64,000 nucleotides of DNA from the human T2T-CHM13v2.0 reference genome, Homo sapiens. Made by a program: the position numbers and the translations under genes. The stretch is from NCBI RefSeq assembly GCF_009914755.1, contig NC_060935.1, one strand, 5' to 3'. Shown in pieces: positions 13,170 to 26,130 of the stretch (its first letter is position 1; every line of letters begins with the position of its first letter). The notes below the pieces were generated by a model. That model saw only the letters and a list, made by a program, of their open reading frames with translations, was not told the DNA's origin and did no database searches.

Positions 13170-13496
13170 TTTACCTTTGGAGAACCAAATGTCACATTTT
13201 GGACGTTTCATAGTTACAGAAAACATGCAGTGAGCACATCTAGCTGATGACGATCACACCTTTTCCCCCATCTTTTTTGAAAAATTGTAAATCTGATCAT
13301 ATCAACATGTATGAACTTAAAATATGGAGAATATTATGGAAGAAATAGTTTATAAGTTTGTTAAGTACTTATAACATGGTGTATCTTTTTGATTATTAAT
13401 TTTTTATGCTAACCATTGTTTCTGTAGTTAAAATTGTTTTCTTGGTGTTATCTTTTCTCAAAATAAAATTAGAAACTTTTGATGCGAAAAAAAAAA
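13170..13496 (+). pseudogene. Probable retrocopied mRNA 3'-UTR fragment (parent unconfirmed)
   Basis: UTR-like AT-rich non-repeat sequence; AATAAA at 13462-13467 then an A10 tract at 13487-13496; 5' boundary and TSD not identified. Confidence 0.45.
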
Positions 13497-13895
13497 CTTT
13501 TTTAACCTTGTGTTTTCAGGTTTGGATAAATGGTACCAAAGCAATCCTTTGGGCAAGCAAAATGAACTTCTCAATTGTTACACATTATTCATTAGACTGT
13601 TTCTATTTAAATAAAATATCGCTTGAAAGCAAAAGTGATTCAGATCTTTCTTTCAGGGTTTAGAGAAGTTACAGGCCATTTTAATGCTTGATAAAAATGA
13701 ACAACCATTATGAAACTTTAAGGAAATGGCCAACATCCTGAGGTTGCCATCCAGAAAAAAATGGAAAGAATCTACATCTCCAATGACTTTATAGAACTCC
13801 TGAATTAAAACTCTGTCACTACAGACTCTAATCATATTTGTTATGAGATTATCTTGCTTTAAAGAATGAATTTTCTACTTTAAAAACTTATCAAG

Positions 13896-14180
<285 letters not shown>

Positions 14181-14225
<45 letters not shown>
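14181..14225 (+). repeat. (CA)n microsatellite replacing the Alu tail
   Basis: About 22 AC units directly after the Alu. Confidence 0.97.
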
Positions 14226-14226
<1 letters not shown>

Positions 14227-14386
14227 CCCACCCCAAAGAATTGTATCTGCATTCTAGATGCCAGCTAAGGTCTCTCTGACTTTTCAGTATTTAATTAAAA
14301 TGGCTTGGAGACCACATTTCACTTTATCTGAGAAGTCTAATATCTTCTTCAAGAGTTCTCAGAATATTTTCTTGTTTTGAGATACT

Positions 14387-14754
14387 GGAATACTATGCAG
14401 CCATAAAAATGATGAGTTCATGTCCTTTGTAGGGACATGGATGAAACTGGAAATCATCATTCTCAGTAAACTATCGCAAGAACAAAAAACCAAACACCGC
14501 ATATTCTCACTCATAGGTGGGAATTGAACAGTGAGAACACATGGACACAGGAAGGGGAACATCACACTCTGGGGACTGTTGTGGGGTGGCGGGAGGGGGA
14601 GGGATAGCTTTAGGAGACATACCTAATGCTAAATAACAAGTTAATGGGTGCAGCACACCAGCATGGCACATGTGTACATATGTAACTAACCTGCACATTG
14701 TGCACATGTACCCTAAAACTTAAAGAATAATAATAAAATAAAATAAAATGAAAA
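14387..14754 (+). mobile_element. 5'-truncated young L1 (L1PA2/3-like) with TSD
   Basis: End of ORF2, 3' UTR and A-rich tail; GAGATACT duplicated at 14379-14386 and 14755-14762. Confidence 0.96.
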
Positions 14755-15207
14755 GAGATACTAACCTTGCTGGATTCTGTCACTTGCATGAGATAGCTCT
14801 TTCTTCTTTCTGGTTAGTGCCAGCTCAGATGTGAAAATTGGCCTCTTTGTGACATTTGTGTAAATCATGGAAAAAAGGTACAGGATGCATAGAAGATTCT
14901 GCTGAGGTTCTGAGATGGAGAGTATTTTCCTTGAGCAGTAAAGAGAACTTAAATGTTTCTTTTTCATAAAATGCCCTCCATTAGTCTACCACAAGAAATT
15001 ACCTATCTGCTTTGTAGAAAATTTACCGGTCTGATTTCTACTGTACCGTTTCCCATCCTTGCTCCTCTTTTAACTTCTTCTCTCTGAATTTTATGTATAC
15101 TTTCTATATGTAGTACTTTAAATACATTATTTCAACTTAAACTTACGTAGCCAGGCACTCCTTTTACTAAAGACATTTCCCTTCACAAATGCAGCATTGT
15201 GCCGTTT

Positions 15208-15278
15208 GATGTGTATGTATATATGTGTGTGTGTATATATATATATGTGTGTATGTGTGTGTGTGTATATATATGTGC

Positions 15279-15313
<35 letters not shown>

Positions 15314-15341
15314 GTGCCAGTTGATGTGTGTGTATATATAT
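15208..15341 (+). repeat. Compound (TG)n/(TA)n microsatellite
   Basis: Alternating TG and TA runs. Confidence 0.95.
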
Positions 15342-16352
15342 TTAATCTGCTATACATGTCTAGAAATTTCTCTACTGTTTTTGTGAGGTGTGGTATGGGA
15401 ATTGAAAAATATAGTATTTACATCTTCACTTAGGGCAAACAACTAAACCAATGTAGATAGATAATAAAATGTTAAGATATATAACCTGAAAATAAATAAC
15501 CTGAGTTGTTAATTCCTTAAGTCTTACACACTTAGGTGACTTACCATTCTCTTTCTCAACTCCTCAGGGACCAGCTCCACTACCGTTGAGATATAAATAT
15601 TTTTGGATTCACAAAATAAGTTGATCATTTATTACTGGACAAAGTAAATACAGTTTCTTTTAAATTTAGTATCTGATCTTTCATAAGTATAAGACAATTC
15701 TACTTACATTCATTCTTTTTAATTCATTATAATGAAATTTGGATAAAGGAAGTATTGCTACAAGATGGCCAACTCTTAGGCGGGCTAATAAAATTGCTTA
15801 AATATCACAGCAATTAAGTATTAACTCCAGGATTTCAAACCAGCTCTGTTGGACTTTGAGCTCACGTAATTCCATTTGCTGATTCTGAGCACAGTCATAC
15901 TTACTCCATCTCATTTCCAATGTCTTTTAATAAGAGGGCAGAGGTGGGAAATGAGATTTTGCTGAGGCCCTGTTATTTAACATAAATGTGTTGGGTTAAT
16001 AAAGTAAGTTATTTTTAGGACAGAAAAAAATTGTAAAAACTGCTTTACAAGTCACAAGATTAAAGGAGAACGGGAAAACAATGAACAAAGGGTAGGCAGA
16101 GTGACAGATGCTGGGACAGATTGTGTATCTTCTCCCCAGCCTCAATCTAGCAAAGAAGGGGGGAAGGGAGAAAAGGAAAAGGAGAATGAGAAAAAACAAA
16201 TCTGATCCAGTTACACATGGTCATTTTAGGTCTCTTCTGGCATAGTTGATGTGCACCTCTCCTAAAAGTACATGGCAAATGTTCCATCATCCGCTGTACA
16301 CCTCTCTTGTTGGCCAGAATATAACAACTGGCTCCTTGCTGGCTTGCTCAAC

Positions 16353-16656
16353 TTTTTTTTTTTTTTTTTTTCTCTGAGACAGAGTCTCGCTCTGTCGCCC
16401 AGGCTGGTGTACAGTGGCGTGATCTCGGCTCACTGCAAGCTCCGCCTCCCAGGTTCATGCCATTCTTTTGCCTTAGCCTCCCAAGTAGGGGGACTACAGG
16501 CGTCTGCCACCAAGCCCGGCTAATTTTTTTGTATTTTTAGTAGAGACAGGTTTTCACCGTGTTAGCCAGGACGGTCTCCATCTCCTGACCTCGTGATCCG
16601 CCCGCCTCGGCCTCCCAGAGGGCTGGGATTACAAGCGTGAGCCACCCCGCCTGGCC
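16353..16656 (-). mobile_element. AluY
   Basis: Y-diagnostic GCAAGCTCCGCC, GCCATTCT, CCGTGTTAGCCAGG, GACCTCGTGATCC; many CpGs retained. Confidence 0.95.
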
Positions 16657-17218
16657 AATGTTTGGTTACAATTATCTAAAACAAATTCCATGTTTTTCCG
16701 CTGTGTCTGCATAAAATGGGCTTAAGATGCGCAGAAAATATAATGTAAACATTTAAAAGCTTTCCCCCATATTCTCACTTCCACATTTGGGAGGTATTTT
16801 GAATTTTTCTGCCGTTCTTCGTGTGGGATACCCCGTAGTTTATATGTGGGTTCTCTCACTTTTTATCACTTCTTTCTTGCTATGCTTACCCCCATGTTTG
16901 TTTTCGAAGTCATCAAAAAGGAAAAAAAAAATAAAACCATCCCAGTGTATTAATTGAATAAAAGACTAGGAAAAAAAAATTGTAAAAAAGACTGAACATG
17001 GTCATTAGGATGTGAAAACATCTGGCTGCAATGTGAAAAGTTTAGTCAATTGATGGGCTCTTTTTCAAAGATACTATGTTTTTGCTTCTGAATTTTGGGG
17101 GCCTGTTTCTGGATTCACCAAATCTATGGGTTGTCCACATTGGCATAGTATAAACTTATCCAATGATTGATTTTGATCTTGTAGATAACTTGCAAAATAT
17201 GAGGTAACTAGAGCTTCA

Positions 17219-17551
17219 TTTTATTTTTTTATTTTACTTTATTTAATTTTTTTATAGAGACAGGGTCTCTCTCTGTCACCCAGGCTCCAGTGCAGCTGTG
17301 CAATCATAGCTCACTGCAGCTTTGAACTCCTGGGCTCAAGTGTTCCTCCTGCCTCAGCCTCCCAAGTAGCTAGGACTACAGGTGCACACCACTACACCTG
17401 ACTAATTTTCTTTTATCTTTTTTTTTTTTTTCTTAGAGACGAAGTCTAGTTATGTGGCATAGACTGGTCTGGAACTCCTGGCCTCAAGTGATCCTCTTGG
17501 ATTTGTCACCCAAACTGTTGAGATTACAGACATGAGCCACTGTGCTTGGCC
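17219..17551 (-). mobile_element. AluJ
   Basis: ATCATAGCTCACTGCAGC..GAACTCCTGGGCTCAAG; degenerate AGAGC flanks. Confidence 0.93.
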
Positions 17552-18179
17552 AAGAGCATGCTTTAAATACATCTAAAGAGGAAGAGAGAATTGATCAATT
17601 GATTACTTGATCACTTGTTATTTTAGAAGTTTTACACTTAATAATCTTCTTTCATTTTCCAAAGCAATCAAAGAGAAAAAGCATGTAATATTTTATGTTT
17701 GCCACTATAGAAAATACTCTAATTATCTATCTATTGTAGTATTTACAATTACACTATGAAGTAAATGTTATCCACAATTTATGAGTGAAATGTTCAGAGA
17801 ACTTATGGAATTTCAGCTGCAGATTTAATTAAAATGTGAAGCTAAAGTTGAAATTTCATCTCTGGAATTTAAAAACCTATGCTTTTTCCACTAGGCCAGT
17901 ACAGTGCTATAAAATCATGTCTCTGAGCCTACACAAAATTGAATTTACAAAACATTTATCTTTTAGTTATTTAATAAGGATCTTTCCAACACATAGTGGG
18001 TGAACAAAAATCACACACTTCTCAACAGATGAAATAAGAAAAAAACTATTGAATAGTAATATTTTAATGCATCGCTTATTTCAGCATAATTTAGAATGCT
18101 CCAGCCACATCTGAAGATCTTAAATTAATTATTTGGGTCCTGAGGGGAGAGAGTTTCTGAAAGAGCAGGGTAGAATTAA

Positions 18180-18420
18180 CTTTCATCAAGCACCTGATAT
18201 ATGTGAGGTGGTATCATTTATTTAACTCTTTTTTATAGGCCGGAACCATGAGAAATGCTAAGCATTCTACACTTAATACATCCTTTAATATTGTTAATAA
18301 CCCTGTGTGGCATGACACATTAATATTAACCTCATTTTACCCAGTAACAAATTGAAGTTGGTCAGTAGGAAAGGTGAAATTTGAACCCAGGTCCTGTTTT
18401 TTGAACCTATGTACTTTCTC
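18180..18420 (-). mobile_element. MIR relic
   Basis: TAACCCTGTG..CTCATTTTAC..ATTTGAACCCAGGTC. Confidence 0.55.
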
Positions 18421-19020
18421 AAATAATTGCTGGAAGACACATACAGAGCCAGTAGTACCTCCAAATAAGTTCTGCTTAGAGTGACTGCATAGTTGCTTCT
18501 TACACCAGCACATGAGCAGATAATTTTTATCAAAGATTCATTACTTGGGATTTCCATTCATTTATTTAATGAAGTAATTCCTCAGCTAGTGTTAGTATTT
18601 GGCCAGGCTCCTGCAGTCTCTCAGCCTTTTTGTGTTTATGGACAGGTCAACCAGTGGAATAATTTTCATTTGACAAGCCCCAGTTGAACTTGTTTCCTGG
18701 ATCATTAAGCACATTGGCATGTACATTAACAACCATTTTCTGCCTTGTTGGTTTCCATCTATTTCATTCACGAATTAATAGGTACATAAAGAGAACTCAA
18801 TTAATGCCTCTTTGCATACCACCACCAGCCTTCTTGGTGGGTGGCAGGTATTGAAGCTGTGATGTTGAAAGAGACTGAAAACAAGCAGAACTGAGACTCA
18901 AATCAAGATTCATTTATCTTTTTTGGACCAGAAAACTATGCCAATAGAAATGAATCACAGATTCGTAAAATCAAATTTGCTTTTGATGTTATCAAGATTC
19001 CCTATCAAGAACCTTCTAAT

Positions 19021-19256
19021 CAAGGGTTTTTCAACCTCGGCACTATTGACATTTGGAGCTGGATAATTATTTGTTGTAAGGGCTGCTCTGTGCTTTGCAG
19101 GCTGTTTAGCCACATCCCATCCTCTACCCACTAGATGTCAGTAGCACCACCATCCTCTTCCTTGAAAATTAAAAAATAAATAAATAAATAATAATGCCTC
19201 TAGACATTACCTAATGTCTCCTAGGGCAGCAAAATCACCCCACTGAGCATCACTAG
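19021..19256 (+). mobile_element. MER20 hAT-Charlie DNA transposon
   Basis: TCAACCTCGGCACTATTGACATTT..GGATAATT..CTCTACCCACTAGATG..AGACATTACCTAATGTC..CAAAATCACCCC. Confidence 0.9.
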
Positions 19257-19320
19257 TCTGTCCTCATCAAGAATTACCTCTTTGTTTTATTCCCCTGGAC
19301 TCCAGAAGAACAAGTGCTAG

Positions 19321-19673
<353 letters not shown>

Positions 19674-20731
19674 CTTTCTTTTTATTAGTAGGGAAACTAA
19701 AACCTGAGAAGAGAGAGTTGCTTAAGTGGGGAATATTTGATGAGCATATGCTATGTGCCAAGACATTGTAGAAACACTAAGAGGATCCTCATGAGAAAAT
19801 TCTTGCTACTCTTATTTTTAAAATGAAAAACTTAGGAGACGATCTTGCCCCAAAACTCATATATGCTAAGTTGCCTTATAAGACCCAGGTATGGGAAACC
19901 AGGTTTTAATATAGACATACCTCAATATGTATATTTTAAAATAATTCTAAAGATTTGCAAATGTTTTTATTGAATATTTACTATCTAAAATGAAAATCAG
20001 CTCTAATGGATTCACATGGTCACAGTAGAAAAATATTTCAGTTGCCCTCAAGTTCAGGCAAAAGGATATTGAGTTGTCTGCAGTCATAACTTAGTTGTGC
20101 TTTTCCAGTTGATATCATTTATTTCTTTGTGTTTAGCATGTTTGAATCATTGTTATCCTCATCTTTTCCTCCAAGATGCTATTCTTCATGGGTCTCTGGT
20201 ATTTCTTCTGCCAGGTCTGGGGACACTACCAACCAGTTTCAATTTACTTAATTTTAGCATCTTTAATATTATCTTATTGCTTGTTTATATAAACATTTCT
20301 TAAACAGCTTTGCAATTAGGGAAGACAGAAAACCTAATTCAGATCTGGTACTCTACAACATTGGAACCCACTGTACAGATATCTGAGTTCATTAAGTGTT
20401 AAATAATTTGATAATTGGCATTTTAAATGCAGTATTTGATGCTGAACTCCTAGTGTTAAAGCATGTTTTAGTAGTATTTGGTGAACTTGTTCAGGGCTTT
20501 TGGATGGGCTGGAAATACTGTATTTTATCATTTATAGCATATGAAAATTCAATAGCCAAGACATTCACAAGAACAGATTAGATATTATTTTGAGAGATCT
20601 CTCTAGTCCTTTTCTCTAAAAGTATCCAGGATCTTTACACTTTTCATGATCTCACAATAACCTATTTTTCCTGAAATTTCCACCTTAGTTAACCTTTACT
20701 CTTACCTCAAACTTAATGCCAATGAAGAGTA

Positions 20732-21318
20732 TATGTGGAAGCTTTAAATTACAGATTTCAATTCTTTGACAGCCTTGTCTTCAAGATCAAGGTTTGTGTT
20801 CCCTCCCTGGGAATCCAGGAGGGCTTGTGGCTGTTTTGACTGATTTGTCAGAAGTGATGTCATATGACTTCTGAGACTAAATCATAGGCCATGTAGCTCC
20901 TGCCTTGGTCTCTTGGAAAGCTCATCTCTAGACATTCCCTCTGGAGATGTTCCATCTAAGAAGTCAGGCTCCATTATGTAAGAAGCCTAAGCCACATAAA
21001 TAGTTCAGGAGTAGTGACTCTGGTCAATAGATTATTTAGCTGAGGAAAGCTTTGGGTAACCCCAGGACAGGGGGCATACATGTGAGTGAAGAAGCCAACT
21101 TAGATATGTATCCTCCCACTTCAGATGTTTGAACTCATAGCACGTCAGTCACCCTATCTCTTAGACTTTACAATTCATGTCCCAGATGTTATGGAGCAAA
21201 GTCAAACTATCCCTGGTGTGCTTAATCTGAATTCTGGACCACAGAGTATAATAAAATGGTGTCATATTATGCTGCTAAATTTTTGAGTGGTTTGTTATTA
21301 GGAATGAATAACTGAACC
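20732..21318 (+). mobile_element. MaLR solo LTR (MLT1F/G/H-like)
   Basis: CAGAAGTGATG..GACTTCTGAG, CATGTGAGTGAAGAAGCC, AATAAAATGG..GAGTGGTTTGTTA..ATAACTGAAC. Confidence 0.8.
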
Positions 21319-21804
21319 ATTGCATATAGCGTGGCCCATTCTCTCTAGATCCTGCTCTCTGATAGAACATGATAGAAAATACCTATGACCATCAGGTAGG
21401 ACTCATGCATTTTAACCTAGTTAAAAAATAAGAAACTTTTTCTACAAAGTAACCTACTTGTTAAAGATTTCAGGCTGAACATTTATAAAATTTTGCATCA
21501 GAGCATTTTAGAAAGTAGGACTAGTCACTCCCTTTATAAATTTCTAAGGATATAGAAAAGAATGCAAAAGTAAGTCCTAAGAGATATAAAGAAAACAAAA
21601 ATGAGAATATGAAGATAGAGAAATGTTTTGAGATTGACAATATTAATAATAAAAACTTTCTATTGCAAGTTTTTGATCTGAACAGGTGAAGCTGACTTTC
21701 ACTGTCAAGGGGCAGCTGGATTTGAGTTGTATTTTACAAAGTATGCTTTTCAGAATAATGGTTCCCACAAGGTAGATGTAAGTTTTATTTACATTCACAT
21801 ACAC

Positions 21805-22243
21805 AGTGACGGTTAAATATTTGTCTAGGTGTTACTATGAAGGTGTTTTTTGGATGTAACATCTATAATCAGTTGTCTTTCAAGATTACTTTCAATAATG
21901 TGGGTAGGCCTCATTCAATGAATTGAAGACCTAAAGAGAAAAAACTGAAGCTTTCCAGAGAAGGAATTCTGCCTCAAAAATGTGACATTAAAACCCCTGC
22001 TTGATTTTCCTGTCTGCTAGCCTGTCTTCAGATTTTAGAATTGCCAGCCCCGTACTCAAGTGAGCCGATTTCTTAAAATCATTACCTCTGTCTCTGTCTG
22101 TATCTCTATCTCTCTTTACCTATGTATCAGTCCATTTATCTACCTATCATTATCAGTAGGATATATGTGTGTGAGTGTATGTGTGTATGTTTATGTATGT
22201 GTGTACTATGGATTCTGTATCTTGAGAACCCTAACCAATAGAC
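21805..22243 (+). mobile_element. ERVL solo LTR (MLT2D-like)
   Basis: AATGTGGGTAGGCCTCATTCAAT..GAAGGAATTCTGCCTC..GTGAGCCGATTTCTTAAAAT..GAGAACCCTAACCAATA. Confidence 0.8.
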
Positions 22244-22498
22244 ACACTTAAATATACACATGCATATTTATACACATATGCATATATACACATGTACATA
22301 CATATACAAGAACTGAAATTAAGTAAGTTCGGAAAACACTGAGATAAGCCAATATCTGTAACAGAAGAATTTCTCTAAAAGTTGCCATGCATGTCACCAT
22401 ATTTCATCATGTATACAGTATTTGTCAAACTTGTTTTTCCATGGAACTCTTGTTACAAAGCATCCTCTTAAACTTGTGTTATATAGAAACAATTTGGA

Positions 22499-23792
22499 CT
22501 TTCTGCAGTGGGTTTGCCGCCAGAACACAGGTGTCCTGAAGATGACTCCTAAAAGCCAAATTGGAAAAGAATAGAGTCATATCAACATCATCATCACTGG
22601 ACACACAGATCTGGGCCAGTCCACCACTGCTGGCCATCTGATATACATATGTGGTGGCACTGACAAAAGAAACATTGAAAAAGCTGAAAAAGAGACTGCT
22701 GAGATGGAAAAGGGCTCCTTCAAGTATGCCTGGGTATTGGATAAACTGAAAGCAGAGCGTGAACATACTGCGTCCACCTCATCCAACTGCAAGCCCCTTT
22801 GCTGCCTCTCCAAGATGTCTCTAAAATTGGCGATATCGGTACTGTCCCTGTGGGCTGAATGGAGACTGGTGTTCTCAAACCCAGCATAGTGGTCACTTTT
22901 GCTTCAGTCAATGTTAAAACTGAAGTAAAGTCTATTGAAATGCACCATGAAGCTCCGAGTGAAGATCTTCCTGGGGATAATGTGGGCTTCAATGTCAAAA
23001 ATATGCCTGTTGAAGATGTTCATTGTGGCAATGTTGCTGGTGACAGCAAAAATGACCCACCAGTGGAAACAGCTGGCCTCACTGCTCAGGTGATTATCCT
23101 GAACCAACCAGGCCAAATCAGTGCTCACTGTGAATCTGTACTGGATTGTCACACAACTCAAATTGCTTGCAAGGTTGCTGAGCTGAAGGAAAAGATTGGT
23201 TGCAATTCTGGTAAGAAGTTGGAAGATGATCCTAAATTATTAAATGCTGATGATGCTGCCATCCTTTATATGGTTCCTGGCAAGCCCATGTGTGTTGAGA
23301 ACTTCTCTGACTGGCCTCCTCTGGGTTGTTTTGCTGTTTGTGATATGAGATAGACAGTTGCTATGGGTGTCATCAAAGCAGTGGACAAGGCAAGGTCATC
23401 AAAGGTGTCATCAAAGCAGTGGACAAGAAGGCAAGGTATTGCCAAGGAGCTGGCAAGGTCTGCAAGTCTGCTCAGAAAGCTCAGAAAGCTAAACAGATGT
23501 TATCCCTAATACCTGCCACCCTAGTCTTAGTCATTGGTAGAAAACATTCTCAGAACTGTTTGTTTCAATTGATCATTTAAATTTAATAGTAACAGACAGA
23601 TTAATTATAACAATGCATTGTTAAACCTTCAGAAGGAAAGAATGTTTTGTGGACCATTTTGGTTTTTTCTGGTATGTGGTCATTTTAAATTATTCATTTT
23701 AAAAATCGGTATTTTTAATGGAAACAACTTAACCAAAAATCTGTCGCAGAGTTTTAAGAACCATTAAAACAAAATTTAATGAGAAAAAAAAA
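22499..23792 (+). pseudogene. EEF1A1: EEF1A1 processed pseudogene, internally deleted
   Basis: 5' UTR GGGTTTGCCGCCAGAACACAG|GTGTC with intron 1 absent; ATG mutated to TTG at 22561; [18 protein letters not shown]; ORF 22859..23353 matches domains II-III; 3' UTR, ATTAAA 23763-23768, poly(A); imperfect TSD AAACA(A)TTTGG at 22487 and 23790. The symbol names the parent gene. Confidence 0.97.
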
Positions 23793-24308
23793 CATTTGGG
23801 AAATTCTCATTTAGCATTTGAGGGAAACAGAGAAAGCTTGGAGTAGCTGCCCCAGGGAGGTGAATGAAGAGTCAAAGAGGGGTAAGTCAAGTGTTTTTTA
23901 CAAAGCACCCATAACTTAGATATTTTATGGAACACAAATATTGTACAGTTGGTTAGTCTATTTTATTTGCTTTCTTTATAAATAAAGTAGATATTGAAAT
24001 ATACAAAGTTTTGGGTGTTAGCAAAAGTTAGAGGCAAAAATCAAGAGGGTATGTAATACTAAATCATTTAAAAATTATATGTATAAAATGGGTAGACTAT
24101 GGAAAGATTTTCTTCCATTTATCCACACTATTTACCTAAGCCAGATGACTGGCAATTTTATCTAAATTTCTCCCTTATCATCTCACATCAGGTGGGTTGC
24201 AAAAGCATATCATTACACTTCTTAATTTCACTGATATCTATATCCTTGCCTCAATCTTTATTGCTTTAAAAGGGTCCAATTATTTCCAAGTTACATTTAA
24301 ATAATAGC

Positions 24309-24687
24309 TTCTATGTTTGAATGTTTGTGCCCATTCCCCACCTTGCCCCTGTAATTCATATGTTGAAATTCTAACTTTCATGCTGATATTAGGAAGTGTG
24401 GCCTTTGGGAGATGATTAGGTCATGAGGGTAGAACACTCACGACTGAGATTAGTGCCTTTATAAAAGCATCCCTAGAGAAATGGCCCATCCTTTCCATAA
24501 TGTGAGTACACAGCTGGAAGGCACCATCTATGAACCAGAAACAGGGTCCTCATCAGACATTGATTGCCCCTGTCAGTGCCTTGATCATAGACTTCCCTGC
24601 CTCCACAGTGGGAGGAATAAGTATCTGTTGTTTATTAACCACTCAGTTTATGTATTCTTGCTATAAAAGCCCTAATGAACGAAGACA
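24309..24687 (+). mobile_element. MaLR solo LTR (MLT1A/MSTD-like) with 5-bp TSD, inside an L2 relic
   Basis: AATTCATATGTTGAAATTCTAAC..GGCCTTTGGGAGATGATTAGGTCATGAGGGT..AAGACA; ATAGC at 24304-24308 and 24688-24692. Confidence 0.92.
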
Positions 24688-25499
24688 ATAGCCTTACAGG
24701 TTCTCCTCAGTTCAATCATCAAAGGATTCTCCTTGCTGTAGCCAACATGATATTCTTAGAAAATGAATAGGATCTAATTACTCTGAGGATTAAACCTGTT
24801 ACTTTAATGATAAGATCCAAACTCAGACGGTCCATGATGTGGATATTAATAAGCCATGGTTCTTCTCACTTTGGATCTTATTATGAAAGTAATGGAACAA
24901 ATTGAGTTAGGATCTTCCTTCAGATCTATCCTTTGCCCTATCTCCACATCAACCCTTAATCCAAACAACCAAATATGATTCTGTTTCCTCATTCAATTTT
25001 CTCCAATAGCAGATGCCTTGCTTATGCTTTTCTCATTGCTTAGGATGCCAACCAATAAGCCATTCAGATGCAAAGGAGGAGCCATGTCTAAAAATTGTAC
25101 CCAGACTTAAATGAGTAAAAAGAAAGAAAAGAGATCTAGGCAATTAGAAACCTGGACAATTGCTTCAAACAGAGGATGGGGAATTCAGAAATGTATTTCC
25201 AATTAAAAATTATACATACATAAGTATATGGGATATTTGTGGCGTATCTGCACGTTTTAATTAAATAGGGTCAAATGCTAATAAGTGATGCTGTATCTCC
25301 ATTTTCTCCTTTTTTTTTAACATTACAGTTTTAAATGTATGTTAGTATACTCTGAAGCTAGATGGCTTAGTGTATAATTATTGCAATTGAAATAGTATAT
25401 GTATACTTATGATAAAAAGGGACAAATAAGTCATACTAACAATTTATATCTTAAAAACCTAAACTTATAACCTTTCTGCTACTCAATCAGTTCTTTTTT

Positions 25500-26130
25500 C
25501 TCACTTAAAAATTTAATTTTCTTATTATAATTGTAATATGACTTTTTATTTAAAATTTTAAAATATAGATATGAATAACAATAAATCTGTGTTCATATGT
25601 GTATTGAAAAATACTTGTTACTAACATTTTATTTTTGCTTATATCATTCTGTCCTTTCATTTATGCAAATGTAATCTTTTTTATTTACAAAACTGGATTG
25701 AAAAATAATATTACATTGTAAACTGTTTTTCTTCAATAAGATATACTATGTTTATCTTTCCATGACATCACATATTTTTCATGGAAAAATATTTTAAAAA
25801 TATTTTTCAAGGCTGCATAATATTGCATAATATGAGACTGCTATAATTTAATACATTTTCTATGACTGGGCATTAAATTTACTTTCACTGTTTTATTATT
25901 ACAAGATGTAAACTACAATAAGATCCTTATAGCCATATAATTGTAAAAAGCCTTCCTTCCTCCTTTAGGATTGATTTGTACAGGATAAATAGCTACATCA
26001 AGAGGTATGCAAGTTCGATATACTAATAATGGGTTGTCACGTTTGTCTTCAGAAACACTGTAACAGATTTATTTCCATTAACAAGAAATGAGAATCCCTG
26101 TTTTCTGCACTATTGCCAAATTTAGCTACC
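25500..26130 (-). mobile_element. Ancient L1M(E) 3' relic
   Basis: GGCTGCATAATATTGCAT..ATAATTTA..TGACTGGGCATTAAA..AACACTGTAACAGATTTATTTCC. Confidence 0.6.

Noticed and set aside
15127-15433. HT/CV/YI-repeat ORFs (also at 27643, 45597, 61457, 63634)
   Set aside because: Translations of dinucleotide microsatellites.
22859-23353. 164-aa EEF1A1-like ORF as a functional gene
   Set aside because: Remnant frame of a pseudogene with lost ATG, frameshifts, a large deletion, a premature stop and many non-conservative substitutions.
25784-25808. 12-bp inverted repeat GAAAAATATTTT/AAAATATTTTTC
   Set aside because: Low-complexity AT sequence inside an L1M relic; expected by chance.
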